A DNA stretch of 59,489 nucleotides from contig NC_057718.1 in the NCBI RefSeq assembly GCF_004010195.1, positions 21,662,523 through 21,722,011 on the forward strand. Direction: 5' to 3'. The position numbers and the translations under genes were made by a program. The notes below the pieces were generated by a model that made no database searches, had not been told where the DNA came from, and saw nothing but the letters and a program-made list of their open reading frames with translations. This stretch comes from Chiloscyllium plagiosum. Its lineage: Eukaryota. Positions 25,152 through 38,600 of this stretch are shown here, one piece after another. The stretch's first letter is position 1, and the number at the start of each line of letters is the position of its first letter.

Positions 25152-25669
25152 GTGTGTAAAATCAGTTTGCACAAATTGTCATAGGGTAATTAACCAAACT
25201 ACCATTCAGTTTTAGTAAATAAATGTAAGCTAGTTTGCATGTTTATCATTCATTCAAACGTATTTCATTGACTTTGTAAAACAAAATGCCTCTGAAAGCA
25301 TTACATATCAGTTTTATATTTAAAATCCTTGATTTTCATTTTAATTGTTCCAAATTTTTACCATCTACTTTGATACATCTGCAGTTTATCCCCCTGCCAT
25401 TGTTTGTTACATCTGGCATTACTTTAGTGTGTACAAAGAGGCTTTTTCTGTTTAGTGCATCCTTTTTCCATGCATCACCATACGGAGCTCAGGTGACAAC
25501 TTAGGAAGGAAGGTCAGGATAATCTTTTCATGTCTGCCCTGGGACAAGTTCCCAATACTTTCGTGTTCTGCTCCAGAGATGGGATGAAGCTACATCTATC
25601 ACTATAAGATCACTGGCAGTGATTCATTTTTATTTGAGCAGTGTAAATGGGTAAGAGTTTGGCAGACAT

Positions 25670-26457
25670 AGTCATAGAGATGTACGTCCAACTCTATAGG
25701 ACGGAGACCAGAATTGCGCACACTATTCCAAAAGTGGCCTAACCAATGTCTTTTACAGTTGCAATATGCTCTGATAAATAAAGGAAGTAATATTAAATAC
25801 CTTCTTCACTATCCTACATACCTGAGACTCCACTTTCAAGAACTATGAATCTGCACTCCAAGGTTTCTTTGTTCAGCAACACTCCTCAGGACCTGACCAT
25901 GAAGTGTGTAAGTCCTGCCCTGATTTGCCTTGCCCAAATGTAGCACCTCACATTTATCTAAAATCCATCTGCCATACCTTGGTCCATTTGTTCATCTGAA
26001 GAAACCTTTGCTGTCCACTTCCAACTTCTGTGTCAGCTACAAACTTACTAACTTTGCCTCCTATATTCACATCCAAATCACTTATCTAAATGACGAAAAG
26101 CAGTGGACCCAGCACTGATCCTTGTGGCATACCACTGGTCACATGTCTCTAGTCGAAAAAGCAGCCCTGCATCACCATCCTCTTATCACCTACCTTTTGA
26201 GCCAATTTTGTTTCCAAATGGCTAGCTGTCCCTGGATTTCATGCGATCTAACCTTGCTAAACAGTCTATTGTGCGGAACTTTGAACACCTTGTGAAAGTC
26301 CATACGCACTACATCCACTGTTCTGCTTTTATCAATCTTTTTTTTGTCACTTCCTCAAAAAACTCAATCAGGTTAGCGAGACACTATTTCCTCCACGCAA
26401 TACCATATTGACTATCCCTAAACAATCCTTGCCTTTCCAAATACATGTACATCCTGT
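25670..26457 (-). mobile_element. CR1 LINE RT fragment
   Basis: Similar to the CR1 copies at 48.4 and 54.4 kb (gtggacccagcactgatccttgtgg, the GVPQGSVLGP-type region). Confidence 0.75.
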
Positions 26458-27080
26458 AACAAAACATGTTTTGAATTAAGCACAAAATGATTGTAATAAT
26501 TCAGTTGAAAGAGTAAAGCTGAAAACTAACATTGGGATTTTCAGAATAATTCTAAAGTTGAGAGCGTTTTCATTACCTCCTAAGGGGAGATAGCCTGTTA
26601 GATCTTCTGGCACCTTGTGGCAGGAAGTCCTACCCATCTGGAGCTACTGGCCAACCAGAGGTTGGCAGCATCACAGTGGAGGATATGCTGCTACCTGGCC
26701 ACCACCCTTGGAGTTGTAAGATGAAGGATTGCTCCTGAAAATGCCAAATGTTTGAGTTCAGACTGTGGTTTTGTGGTTGGGCTTTAAATAAGGCATGGGT
26801 TCAGATTTGAGAGCAAAGGGTGGGCTCAGGTACTCTGTTTCAAAATTAGTGTACACCAAATGACCCCACCCCAGAAACTATTCAGCTCATCTCTTACCCT
26901 AAATTAATTGCAGCCAAAGCGGGTGATGACATTTAAGTGAATTGTCTTCCCCTGTGGCCACCTTGTTCATTGCTTTTCAAGAGGAGTAGATTTCACCCAT
27001 CATTATGGTTGCATAAATGTACTTAACTATACTTGACAGTTTTAACCACCTGAAAATAATCGACTATTTGATCTCCTTAG

Positions 27081-27217
27081 GTTCATAGTCCATCATGACA
27101 CTTCCAATCCTATTTTGGAGTCACTTGAAGATTTTCAGGCACAACTCCAGCAGTTTAAGCCATCGCTACTGATAATTAGTGGGCTTCAAATGATGGATAA
27201 TTTTCCCTTTACACCAG
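27081..27217 (+). CDS. ADPGK2: ADPGK2-like coding exon 5
   Basis: ctccttag acceptor; FIVHHDTSNPILESLEDFQAQLQQFKPSLLIISGLQMMDNFPFTP; donor gtgagt; 137 nt, phase 2 to 1. Confidence 0.93.
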
Positions 27218-27984
27218 GTGAGTGTAAAATGTGGTTGAATTATGATGTCAAATTGCAATTTATAAGGAAGAGAAATTTCCAGAAGTTCTTGCAGTTTCAG
27301 TTACAAGTCTATAGATTAAGATTCAGAGTTACATTGCTGGTGATGGAAACTGAAATTAAAGTTATTAAAAGTAAAGCTTGATTTAAAAAAAAAAAATTGT
27401 TAATATTATCAGTAGCACATCTTTCCCTGAACTTCGTACAGTTACTAAAGATCAAGTTTCTAATCCAGGTGTGATCAGATTTTCTTTTTCTGTTCAGAGA
27501 AATACAACAGAGTACCAAGGAGTGATGGCACAGTTTGCTGGTGATTTATAGAATCAGTTTCTCAGCAGTATTACAAGTATGGAGGTGCCAAAATGAGATC
27601 TGTTCTCATATGGGCTGAGTAACATTTATGCAAGAATGGAACTAGGATGTTTGCTGCCTTTCATAACTTTTCAAAATGTCACCATCTTTTTGACTTAAAA
27701 TATGAGTACTTTTGTTCCATGCACATGTCATTAGAAAACCAAGTGTTTATATGGCATGGATGGGTTGAATAGAAGGACCTATTTCCATGCTGTATACCTC
27801 TGACTCTTTATAAACTCCTTGAGCTGTTTCCCTTGTCTCACTAATGTTTTTGTGGAGGTTTGAGAAGTTGGAGGCAGTGGCCTGAAACCTATTTTTTGAA
27901 ATGCTTTCCAGTATCCTTTTCAATGAGCAAATAAGTATTTTCTGTTCCGTCACATTCTGAAGTTTCAAAAAGCAATAATCTACT

Positions 27985-29130
27985 CACATGCTCAGTTTGG
28001 GTTCAGCCAGGGCCACTCAACTCTCAACCTCATTACAGCCTTTGCCAAAACGTGGACAAAGAACTGAACTGATAAGTTGTGAGTAACTGACCTAGACATC
28101 AAGGCAACATTTGACTGTGTATAGTATTGTATCCTTGAAAAAGAGTTGATGGAAACTGAGGGGGAGAAATCTGATTGGAGTCATATCTAGCTCAAAGGCA
28201 AATAATTCTGGTTGTTGAAAGCCAATCGTCTCATTTCCAAGATATCAACAGTCTTCAGCTGGTTCATCATCAATGACCTTCCTTTCATCTTACGATCAGA
28301 AGTAAACAGTATTCAACACCAATTGTAATTTCTTCAATATTGAAATGCAACAATTTCTTCACTGTCCAAATGCAACAAGATCTGGACAGCAGATCTGTTT
28401 GGGCTAATAAATGGCAAGTAACATATGTACCATTGAAGTGCCAGGCCATAACAATCTTCTAGTATAAAGGAAAAATCATTTGGAACCCACTAATGTCCAA
28501 GCGGAGAACTTGACAATTGCTCCTTCAAATTCAGTGGAATCACAATTGCTGAAACCTCCATTTGGGATTTGCTGCTGACCAGAACCTGAACTGAATACAT
28601 AAATTACAAGAGCAGCTCTGTGGCAAATAACTCTCCATGTGTTACCATCTACAAATCAAGGGTGTGATGGAACACCTGCCACTTGCCTCGTGTCCAGCTT
28701 TAACAACACTTAAGCTTGACCCATCCAGAGGAAAAAGAACTTGCCATTTGCCACTCAATCCAGCACCTTCAACATTCACTTTCTGCATCACTGGTGCACA
28801 GTTGCAACAATGTTTGTCATCTCCAAGACATACTGCTCAGCTTCAACAGCATGGTCCTTCAACAGCATCTTTCAAACCCACAACCAGTACTGACTCAAAG
28901 ATAAGAGAATGCCATGCCTGCAAGTTTCCCCCTTTAAGTCTTGCACCATTCTGATTTGGAGCTGTATCATTGTCTGTTTCCTGTTGCTGATTCAAAATCT
29001 TGGATCTAACTTCTTCACAACAGCACTTTGTCTTTCAACCCCCAACAATTGCAGTGGTTCAGAGGGCAATTCCCCATGCTTTCGCCATCACAATTGGAGA
29101 TGGGTAATTAATGCTGGCCTAGCCAGCAAT
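27985..29130 (+). mobile_element. Decayed CR1/L2-superfamily LINE 3' portion
   Basis: Degenerate RT sequence (QFGF..., LDIKATFD); related minus-strand pieces at about 17.1-17.45, 18.7-18.95 and 56.4-57.65 kb. Confidence 0.6.
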
Positions 29131-30164
29131 TCAGTAAAACCTGTCATTATTTTGAAAGTTACTTTCTTCTGTTTATCCTGAGATCTAGCAATTATGTTTG
29201 CTAAATGATTAGGTGCAAAGGAGCCATAATGCATTGTGTTGGCTTTTGTCAAGGAAATTACTTCGTCTGAGACTTGCAGTCTAGTTTCAAGAAGCTTCAT
29301 TTGTCATGAATTCATGGAGAGGCTGAGATAGTCTCCACCGTTCATCAGCACTCTCCAGAGCTGAACAGTCAGCTTATATTTATGCAATGATACAAATAAC
29401 TTTGCTTATATTCTGCATTCCACAATAATTCAAGATCAAGATAAGCACAGTGCAGCTATTGCCTTGTTGCTCAAGGACAGAGAAGCCAATTAGCTCAGGA
29501 AGCTCCCCCACTAATGAACCTGTGATATACTCCCTATATTTCGTCAAATTATAATTGCACAACCTCCAGTCTCTCTCTCCAGTACTTTTCCCACTAAAGC
29601 GAGATGCTAAGAGCCAAGATAGTTTTTACCTTGGTCAAGTATCTATTCATGAAGCAGTTTGCCAAGTTTTTAATACTTCCACAGTTCTTAATGTAAATGT
29701 TTGACTTTTCCTTTTGCACGCCCTTGAACTTAAGCATTTCATAAGATAACTGGTAATTATTCAATGCTCTTGTATTGAAAGCTTTATTATGTGCTGTGTT
29801 TACGTACACAACCCTCAGATCAAAGGATTCATTGTTTTCTGAAGATACAGTTGCAATGTGTTTTGGTAAGGGTCCTTGAATCTTTGCGTCGTTGTGTTTT
29901 AAAAGATCCAAACTAAACTGTACTTACAATTAACATACAAGAATGAAGAAATCCAGTTGTGTTGTTGAAAAGACAATGCAATTGCTAGTTTTGCATTCAA
30001 CATTAATGCATGAATTAATTAGCATGGTTTATGCTGCTTCAGTGTGTTATGTTGAAGTAACAAATTGAAGCACTTGAAACAAACTTTTAAAGCATTATTT
30101 GAATTTTACAAAATTCAACGTTTTTTTTAATGATTGCATAATAGTAGTTACTTATTTTGGAGGA

Positions 30165-32690
30165 GAGTTGTAGGAACAGGAGTAGGCCTTTCAGCCCACT
30201 GTGCCTGCACAGCCATTCAATTTGATTATAGCTAGTCACCTGAGTCAGTGCCATTTTGTCACACTATATCCCTTGCTGCCATTCATCTCTAGAAATGTAT
30301 TGATTGTTGCCTTTTACAAACTCAGTGAGCTTCCACATACATCCCTGGTAGAAAACTCACAAAGATTTTCCATCCTGAGTGAAGAAGTTCCTCTTTGTCT
30401 TAAATGGCTTAATCCTTATTCTGTAATTGTCTTCTAGTTCTAGACTGACTAGCTAGGGAAACATCTCTTCTACTTGTCATGTCATAGACTAATTTCATAA
30501 GTTTCAGAACAACCACTCTTCTTTTGTTTGAAGTTCTGGATAATACTGACCAGGTCTCCTCAATCTCTTAATTTAAAACAGCCTGCTGCCCCAGGAATTA
30601 GTCGGGTGAACCTCCATTGAATCCACTGACAGTACGTTCTTTAGTTGTCCAAAACACACTCAAATACTCCAGATGAGCTAGAGGAAGAGGCTGAATAGGC
30701 TGGGGCTGCTTTCCCTGAAGCATCGGAGCCGAGGGGTGACCCTTGGAGGTTTATAAAATCGTGAGGGGATTGGATATGATAACTAGACAGGGTATTTTCC
30801 TTGGGGTGGGGTGGGGGGCTCCAGAACTAGAGGGCATAGGTTTAGCGTGAGAGGGGGAAAAAATTTAAAAGGGACCTTAGGGGCAGAGGGTGGTACATAT
30901 ATGGAGTGAGCTGCCAGAGCAGGTAGTGGAGGCTGGTGAATTACAACATTTAAAAGGCATCTGGAAGGATATATGAATAGGAATGGTTGTTTAGAGTGAT
31001 ATGGGCCTAATGTTAGCAAATGGGACTAGATTAATTTAGGATATCTGGTCAGCATGGACGGGTTGGACCAAATAGTCTGATTCCGTGCTGTACAACTCTG
31101 ACTCTTACTCTGAGGTCCCACTCTCAGGCTTGATATGATTGCAGCACGGTATCTTATGATCAAATCTCTTTGATGGCCAACATACCATTTGCCTTTCAAA
31201 TTGCTTGTTATACCTGCACGGTAACCTCTCGTGATCATGAACCAGAATACTCAGGTCCTTTTGGCCACCAACACTTCCCAATCTCTCCCTCTTAAAGGCA
31301 GATTTTTTAAAAAATCCTCTACCAAAGTGGATATCTTCACATTTATTCACATGACATTCCATATATCAATCCATATTTCTAGCCCAATCACCCTTCGCCT
31401 ATTTGTAGATTCCATACATCCTCCTCACAACATGCATTCCTTCCTGCTTTCGTCATTAGCGATTTTAAAATATTACAATTTTAAGTTGTATTTAAATTAT
31501 AAATAACCTGACTGGTAACAGCTGGTCATCCTAAGAATTATGTTTTTATCCCTATCCTCTGCTTCCTTTGAACCAATTCTCAATCCATGCACTCCATCCC
31601 ATGTGTTCCAATTTTGTTTACTAACTTCCTGTATGGGACTTTTATCAAGAACCTTCTAAAAATCCAATTGCACCTCTTCTATTGGTTCTCCTTTATCCAT
31701 GCTGCAAGTGAAATCCTCAAAATTCCCAAGTTTGTCGAACACTATTTCTCTTTATGTATCCATAGCTCTGCCCAATTTTAGCAGTCTCTCTATTATCTAA
31801 TTCTTTAGATACTGCATTCTTTAAAATAGAAACAGGGAAGTTGTGAGAGTCTAACATTAAACTAACAGATCTGCAGTTCCTATTTATTCCCCCTCCTTCT
31901 TCTCTTAAGTAGTTGGGTTATATTTGCTACTTCCTATTCTGCTGGAGCCTTTCCAGAATCTACAGATTCTTAAACAATACAGACATTGGTTACCACTGTA
32001 GTCACTTCCTTCAACACTGGAATACAGTTGTTCTGATTCATGGAATTTGTCATCCTCTTAACTTTAGAAGTAATATCTCTTTAATAATTCTAATATTTTT
32101 TGAGTTCCTCAGATTCACAAGTTCTTTAAAACCCAGTATTTCTGGGAGGATTTCTGTATCATTGTGAAGACAAACCAATTTAATTGCTTTGTTTCTCAAA
32201 TTTCCTTGTTCTCCTCTCTCAACTTTTAATGTGCTCATTTTGTCTGAGCTATTTCTTTTTCTTTCCACACACGTTATGAAACTTTTACAGGCTGTATTTC
32301 TTGTTGGCTTACATTCACTTTCTTATTTTTTTCTTCTTCGTCTGTTTCTTGGTGGTCCTCTGCTGGGTTTGAAATTGTTCCCAGTACCCTGGCTTGCCAT
32401 TTTTTCTAATATCCTTTTTTTTTTAATAACAACTACCATTTAATTAAATGTAGTCTTTAACACCTTTTGTTTGAATTAGTTGTTTGATTCATCTCTCTCT
32501 TTAGGTATTTGTGCCTAGCTGGGGTATATATCTGTTGTAGATCATGTACTATTTCTTTAAAAACTAGATGTTACCTGTCTACCAACAATTGTTTTAATGT
32601 GTTTTTCCAATCCACCATAGTCAATTTGCCCCTCATTTACTTAGTTTCCTTTGTTCATGTTTAAGACCCTAGTTTCTGAATGAAACTTGA
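30165..32690 (-). mobile_element. Old CR1 LINE remnant with a nested + strand CR1 3' end (about 30680-31105)
   Basis: NKCEDIHFGR...QKDLSILVH in ORF 31105..31362; nested piece matches 9480-9800. Confidence 0.7.
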
Positions 32691-34061
32691 CAGTTAAAGG
32701 ACAACTGTTTTAACATAAATATCCTTTTAACCGGTGGTTAAAGACACAAGTGTTCTCGTCCACGTTGAATGCTGTTCAAGAAAAAACTGCTGCATTCAAC
32801 AGCAATTATTTAATTGACTACCATGAAGTGGTGTAGCATTTTGTATTGGACTAGAGTTATAAGGGGATGTGGTTTAAAAACTTTCAAAAGTAGTACTATA
32901 TTGATCAATTAGGTTAATAAACTGTACAGATGGAATGAATTTTGACCTTTTGATGGTAAATGTTTGAGTAAATCTTATTATAGCTATCAAAGCAGCCTAG
33001 ATTTGAAACTGACCCTGTGAAAGAAACCGTTTGGTAGCTGAATCTTGCATTAATGTATCAGACTTTTCTTTCACCTTCACTGTTTTCCAGTTACCTTTTG
33101 AGACATTGGGCCAGAATGTACAATTCTGAGAATTGACCTGGCAAGAATTCAAGCAAATGAATAGTACTGGTTGTTGCCCTCTTAATTTCCATTAGCATTT
33201 GCATGGCAAGCTGTTGGTAAACCACCCAAATCAAAGTCTCTGAGAGAAAATATTTGGAAATTTTTTTTTAAGTACTCCCAATGATAATGAAATTCTGATA
33301 GAATGAGACTCTACTTGTAAAACTTAAAAAAAAAATTAAAGACGAAGTTCCGGGAGAAACTCCGGACTGGCAGCATCCATAGAGAAAAACTGTTAACATT
33401 GTGAGTCACTGGATTTGCAGCATTAAGTTTTTCTGTCACTCCAGATGTGGCCAGACCTGCTGAGTTTCTCCCAGCACTTAATATGTGAGAAATCAAACAA
33501 AAACACAGCTCTTTGTTTTTATAATTATAGAAGTTAATAAGAGTTACTAACATTCAGCTCAGTTAAAATGTTGTATGTAGACATGTCTAATTTACTGTGG
33601 CTAGTTTTTTAGTTTGTATCTGCTGCACACGTACAACTTTACATCATTCAAAGTATTTCAGTAGTGGGCCACAGATGCTGTTTATGCAATACTAATGCAA
33701 GAGTGGCGTGCTTCTAATCATAAATAATTTGTGTTTTGGATCTACACTAGTCTGAAGTTGTTGGATTGTCCATAAATAACTAGTATAATTTACCTAGCTA
33801 GTGATTTGAAAGCTACTTATGGACACTATCTTTCAGATTCTGATTGTAATTGTATTCAGCCATGTTGCTTTGCACAATCAACCACTCCTTGTCAGGTGAT
33901 GCTATCTAACTTGAATCTGTGTGTCTTTCCCGACAAAACATGCACAATTCTTGCAACAGACTTTATTTCTCTATTGCTGTTGAGCCTTTTCTCTCTCCAG
34001 TAGTTTTTTTGTATGTACTTACTTTCTTCTTTTTAAAAATAGAAATTGAGGTCTGCAGGTG

Positions 34062-34615
34062 CTGGAGATCCGAGTTGAGAGTGTGGTGCTGGAAAAGCAC
34101 AGCAGATCAGGTAGCATCCAAGGAGCAGGAGAATCTATGTTTTAGGCAAAAAGCCCTTCATCAGAAATGAAGCTGAGAGCGGAGGGGGTGGTGAGATGGG
34201 TGAGGCTGGGGGGGGGTGGCAAGATAGCTTAGAGTGCGATAGGTAGATGGAGGTGAAGATAATGGTGAGGAGAGTGAAGCGAATAGGTGGGGAGAAAGAT
34301 GGACAGGTCATGAGGGCAGTGCTGAGCTGGAAGGTTGGAACTGGGATAAGTCGAGGGAGGGGAAATGGGGAAACTGGTGAAATCCACATTGATGCTGTGG
34401 TGTTGGAGGGTCCCGAGGCAGAAGATGAGGCATTCTTCTTCCAGGCGTCAGATGGTTAGGGAGTGGATGGAGAAGGTTCAGGACCTGCATGTCCTTGGCG
34501 GAATAGGAGGGGGAGTTGGTCAGCCATGGGGCAGCCACTGTTTTATTAATTGGAAGTGACCTCCTCTCCGACCTATCACCATTATCCCCACCTCCATCTA
34601 CTCATCACACTCTGA
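34062..34615 (-). mobile_element. PLE family A 3' fragment
   Basis: NSPSYSAKDMQVL; degenerate hammerhead motif about 34136-34164; short inverted piece about 34557-34612. Confidence 0.8.
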
Positions 34616-34866
34616 AACCAAATTATCATTGGGAATTTAACCCTATCTCTGCATAATGCACAATAGCTTGATATTTGTTTTTACCTGCTGTTTGTTTTGC
34701 AATTGTGGAGAAATGTTTGCAATTCTTGTTGGGTTGGTTGAGGAAATTGGTATAGCTTTACTTCATTGTGCACTCCATGCCAAAAATATCATAGTTTAGT
34801 TACAGAACTATTAGAATTCCTTAAATAATTCATTATGATGCATTAACAATTTTTTTTCTTTTACAG

Positions 34867-35534
34867 GTCAACTTGACAAGCGGTTAAGATTGCTCCAGGA
34901 TCTCCTTTTATCAATGGATCGCACCACTGGAATCCATTTTGAGATGGCCTCTTTTGTGGATCGCAGTGTTCTGAGCAAACTTTTATCCTATGTCATTACT
35001 CATGTAGATTCTTTAGGAATGAATGAACAAGAGTTACCCAATCTACTTAGCATGTTAAAGGGATCCAATATCACTGTCTTATCTGACCCTTACCCAAGAG
35101 TAGCAAATGTACTTGATCAGATGCGGGATGTATATCGTATCTTAAATTCTCAGGAAATAACAAGCGCAAACCGCAGACTGACACGTCTGCATGTTCATAC
35201 TCTTGCTTTCCAGGCAATCGTTATTGCTAAAGGGTCTTCTTGGAGAAACACCATGTCAGCAGCTGCCAAAGCTTCACTGACTGCACATCGCCATGTTTGT
35301 GGCTCACCAAATATTGACACCAGCAAAGCCAAGTTGATAATGGATGATTCTTTTTCTATAAGCCGTGAGCAAGGGAGTAAGAAAATTCCGCTTGAAGAAA
35401 ATCGCCCTGTTTCTTGCTGGGAGGAGGACAACTATGAAATTTGTGTTGCTCCAGTGCTAGTATGTACAGAGGTCTACCAGACTGTAGGTGGTGGTGATAA
35501 TGTTTCTGCAGCCAGCTTGGTTCTACAGATCTAA
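34867..35534 (+). CDS. ADPGK2: ADPGK2-like terminal coding exon 6 (catalytic C-terminal part)
   Basis: ttttacag acceptor; HFEMASF, SLGMNEQEL (NxxE), RLHVHTL, TVGGGDNVS (ribokinase-fold GxGD anion hole with catalytic Asp); TAA at 35532-35534; spliced total 475 aa. Confidence 0.95.
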
Positions 35535-35660
35535 TAATCTCTCTCTACCTCTGAAGGGGAGGAGGTTGAGGTTGGAACATGGACATACTTAAAACCTTGT
35601 GTAATACCTCGGTGAGGGAGCTTAATATATTTTCATGCTTCATCTTCCTTCACACAGTCA

Positions 35661-35666
35661 AATAAA
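35661..35666 (+). terminator. Candidate proximal polyadenylation signal of ADPGK
   Basis: First AATAAA after the stop codon, with T/GT-rich sequence downstream; many more AATAAA occur further on, so usage is uncertain. Confidence 0.35.
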
Positions 35667-38600
35667 ATTTTATTTTCTGTATAATTTAGCCTCTTGTAAT
35701 CAACATTGAGGTGTTTTGGTATTGTTTAACTATTCATTTTTTCACAATTTTTGTATAAATTATTCTATGATCTTCCATGTCTAATCTTGATTTATACTTT
35801 TAATTTGTCATTTTTTTGTTTGACAGCTGTGAGTAAATATTGAAAATATAATGAGTATTTTGTTTAGTTACAACTCCCCATTTTCTTAGGAATATTCTGA
35901 ACGCGAGCCAGCCATTGCATTGTTATAAAAAGCTTGGTGCATTCCATCTTAATTTTTGAGTCAGTATTTTATATCCTTTTTGTGGCTGTCAAAGTGGCCA
36001 GTTAAACTGAGCTAAGTCAGTGACTATTCTCAGGTGCAATACAGTCCTGTGCTACTCTTTCTCCTGATTTAGATTATATAAACATCCTATGTGTATCTTC
36101 GTTCTTTCTTTCGTTTCCCCTCCCCATCCCACCCCACCTTTTTCTTTTCACTATTTTTGTGGTATATTTGCTACTTTATTCCCAGTTTGACTAACTATGT
36201 ATAAAATCATATTCTAGCTAGTACTTCCAAATGTTTTAATAATCAGATCCAGATCAACTAAATGGTCCTTTCGATTTTGTTTTTATTTCTGGCCATTCAT
36301 GCCTCATTTCCAGGAGCACTGGCAGCTTTTAAGAACATCATAAATGTCCTAGTGAATCTAGATAGGTGGTCTTTTTGGTCATGGACAGAGAAGGTAAAAA
36401 AAGCCAGTCATGATGTGTTTGCTGCCATATCTCTGATCAGCCTGAATTTCTGTGAAATCACAATTGTGTGGGGAACTTGACTTCTGTCCTCCTCTCCCAT
36501 TGAACATTGCCTTTCCTAGGGTTTCCTCCCTCACTCAGATCTATTCATTTGGCATGACCAGTGATGACCAGGCATTTTCTAGTCTGTGGATTGATATTGT
36601 TTCTATGTGGTACATTTGGCCACTTCTCTAAACTACATACCTTCTTGTTTGAGAAGGTTAGAGTTAAAATAACTGGGAAAGTTGGAAACAAACTGGGAGC
36701 TCTCTAATAGGGAATCTACTCAGCTCTCAAACTGCTGGACATTGAAGTGACAATGGAAACTTGCAATAGTTTCAGCAGAAAGCAGAATTTTACTGACTAT
36801 TTGTGCATTCAGATAGTTGAAGGGGAATTCTTCTGTGATAACTGAGCAAAAAGTATAAGTATAAAACTGTATTCCTTGATTTATACTTAGTTTATCATAA
36901 TGTGAGGAAAGTGTTCCATTACCATGATAATGTGAATGCACCTGGGAATATACTAAAAATAAAACTGCTTTAGTAAGTTCACCATGTTTAGAGGCAAAAT
37001 AATAAGGATACATTATGGATAAAATGTATAATTTTCATTTGAATTGCATTAGTATTAAAATTTGTTTGGGGGCTGGGGTTCCAGAACGAGCAGAGACACA
37101 CTTTTATAACCAGAGATCTGCTAGTTAGGTGTCAAATTAGGATGCACTTTATCCATTACAGTATAGCCAAAATCTATCACTCCCTTACCTTCTAACCTTT
37201 GAAGGCTGTAGTTGCTGTGTCACGTGAAAGTTTCCAAACAGTTTGGGTTTTTATTAACTCAGACAAAGAAATCATTGCTAACTGAAATTTTAAAGTTAAC
37301 TGAAAAAATGAGAAATTCTGCGGAAATGGTGCAATAACTGTTGTTTTGAAAGTCTGGAAGCTTAAAACTCTAACATTGTAATGAGGTGAGTAGCAGTGAA
37401 CTTAGATTTTTGCTAAATCGACTCTGTGCCTTGGGATATTTTATGTTGAAAAGGTGCTATTTAAATACAAATTATATAAAATTTGCTTTACCTGAGAAAT
37501 GCTTTGTGTCAAGTACGAAAGAAAATCTTGACTTCTTTCCACTTTCCCCATCCCACTCTGAAATAAAGGCTGTTTTATTCTATTGAACTGATCTCAGCCT
37601 TTTAAGTGAGTCTTAGCCAAAAGAGGTACGTTTTGATTGATGACAATTATTGAAAACAAATTTGATACTGCTATTTAACATGGTAAATGGTACAGTGTTT
37701 TTGCACTGATCATTCTTTTAATCAGAATTTGTTCATTAGTTCATGTAAGTTAAGGTCTTTAAAACAAGAAATGATGTGGCTCGACATTTGAGAAAAAAGA
37801 TTTCTGTAGCAAATAAACTATTTTAAAAATTTTTATATTTTACTTGCAATGAAAGAGCATACTTGAGCCATTCTTTTGAATATGAAGCTTTAGAAGCTAT
37901 ATTCTTTTTGCATTTAGTTGATAACTACCTTTAGTCCAAGTTCTGAAATTTAATTGTAAACTATCCATTCCTAGGTCATCTGTTGCTGGGTTATTCTTTC
38001 TTAAACTCTGTAGTAATGTCTAGTGAGCAATTTTGATACTTTTATTTCAAAATAAGTACTTTCAAAAATAACCTGCATGATATGTCCACGGTACAAAAGT
38101 ATCAATGAAACCCTAAATGACCAATTTGCTGCTTATACTTTTGAAACAAAGTGAAGAAAACCGGTTTGTTTTGAACTCCGTTGTTTGTGACCACCCTAGA
38201 AATGTACTAATTTGTCAACACCATGCAATAAATATTTTAAATTTGTCCAGTAACTTGCCCAGGTGTACAAAAATTAATAACTGCTTATGCTGCATTCCAA
38301 ACTTAATAAATTGAAACACCAACACTTAGATCATGGCTTCTGAAATTGCTGTTAGTCTAATGTGTGATGGGCAATGTCCTTATTTGAATAAATCCAGATT
38401 CTTAAGATGGGCTCTCAACTTTGTCTGAATTATTATGGAGCCACGAGCTTTTTTTTAATATAGTCACAGATTTATACAGGGTATGACTTTTTAAATAAAA
38501 ACTGCTACACCATTCCAAATTGCCTCAGTGATGTGTAGATGATATTGTTAATTATGCCTTCTGGTGGGAATGTGAAGAGATGTAATTATCTTGCTTGAAA

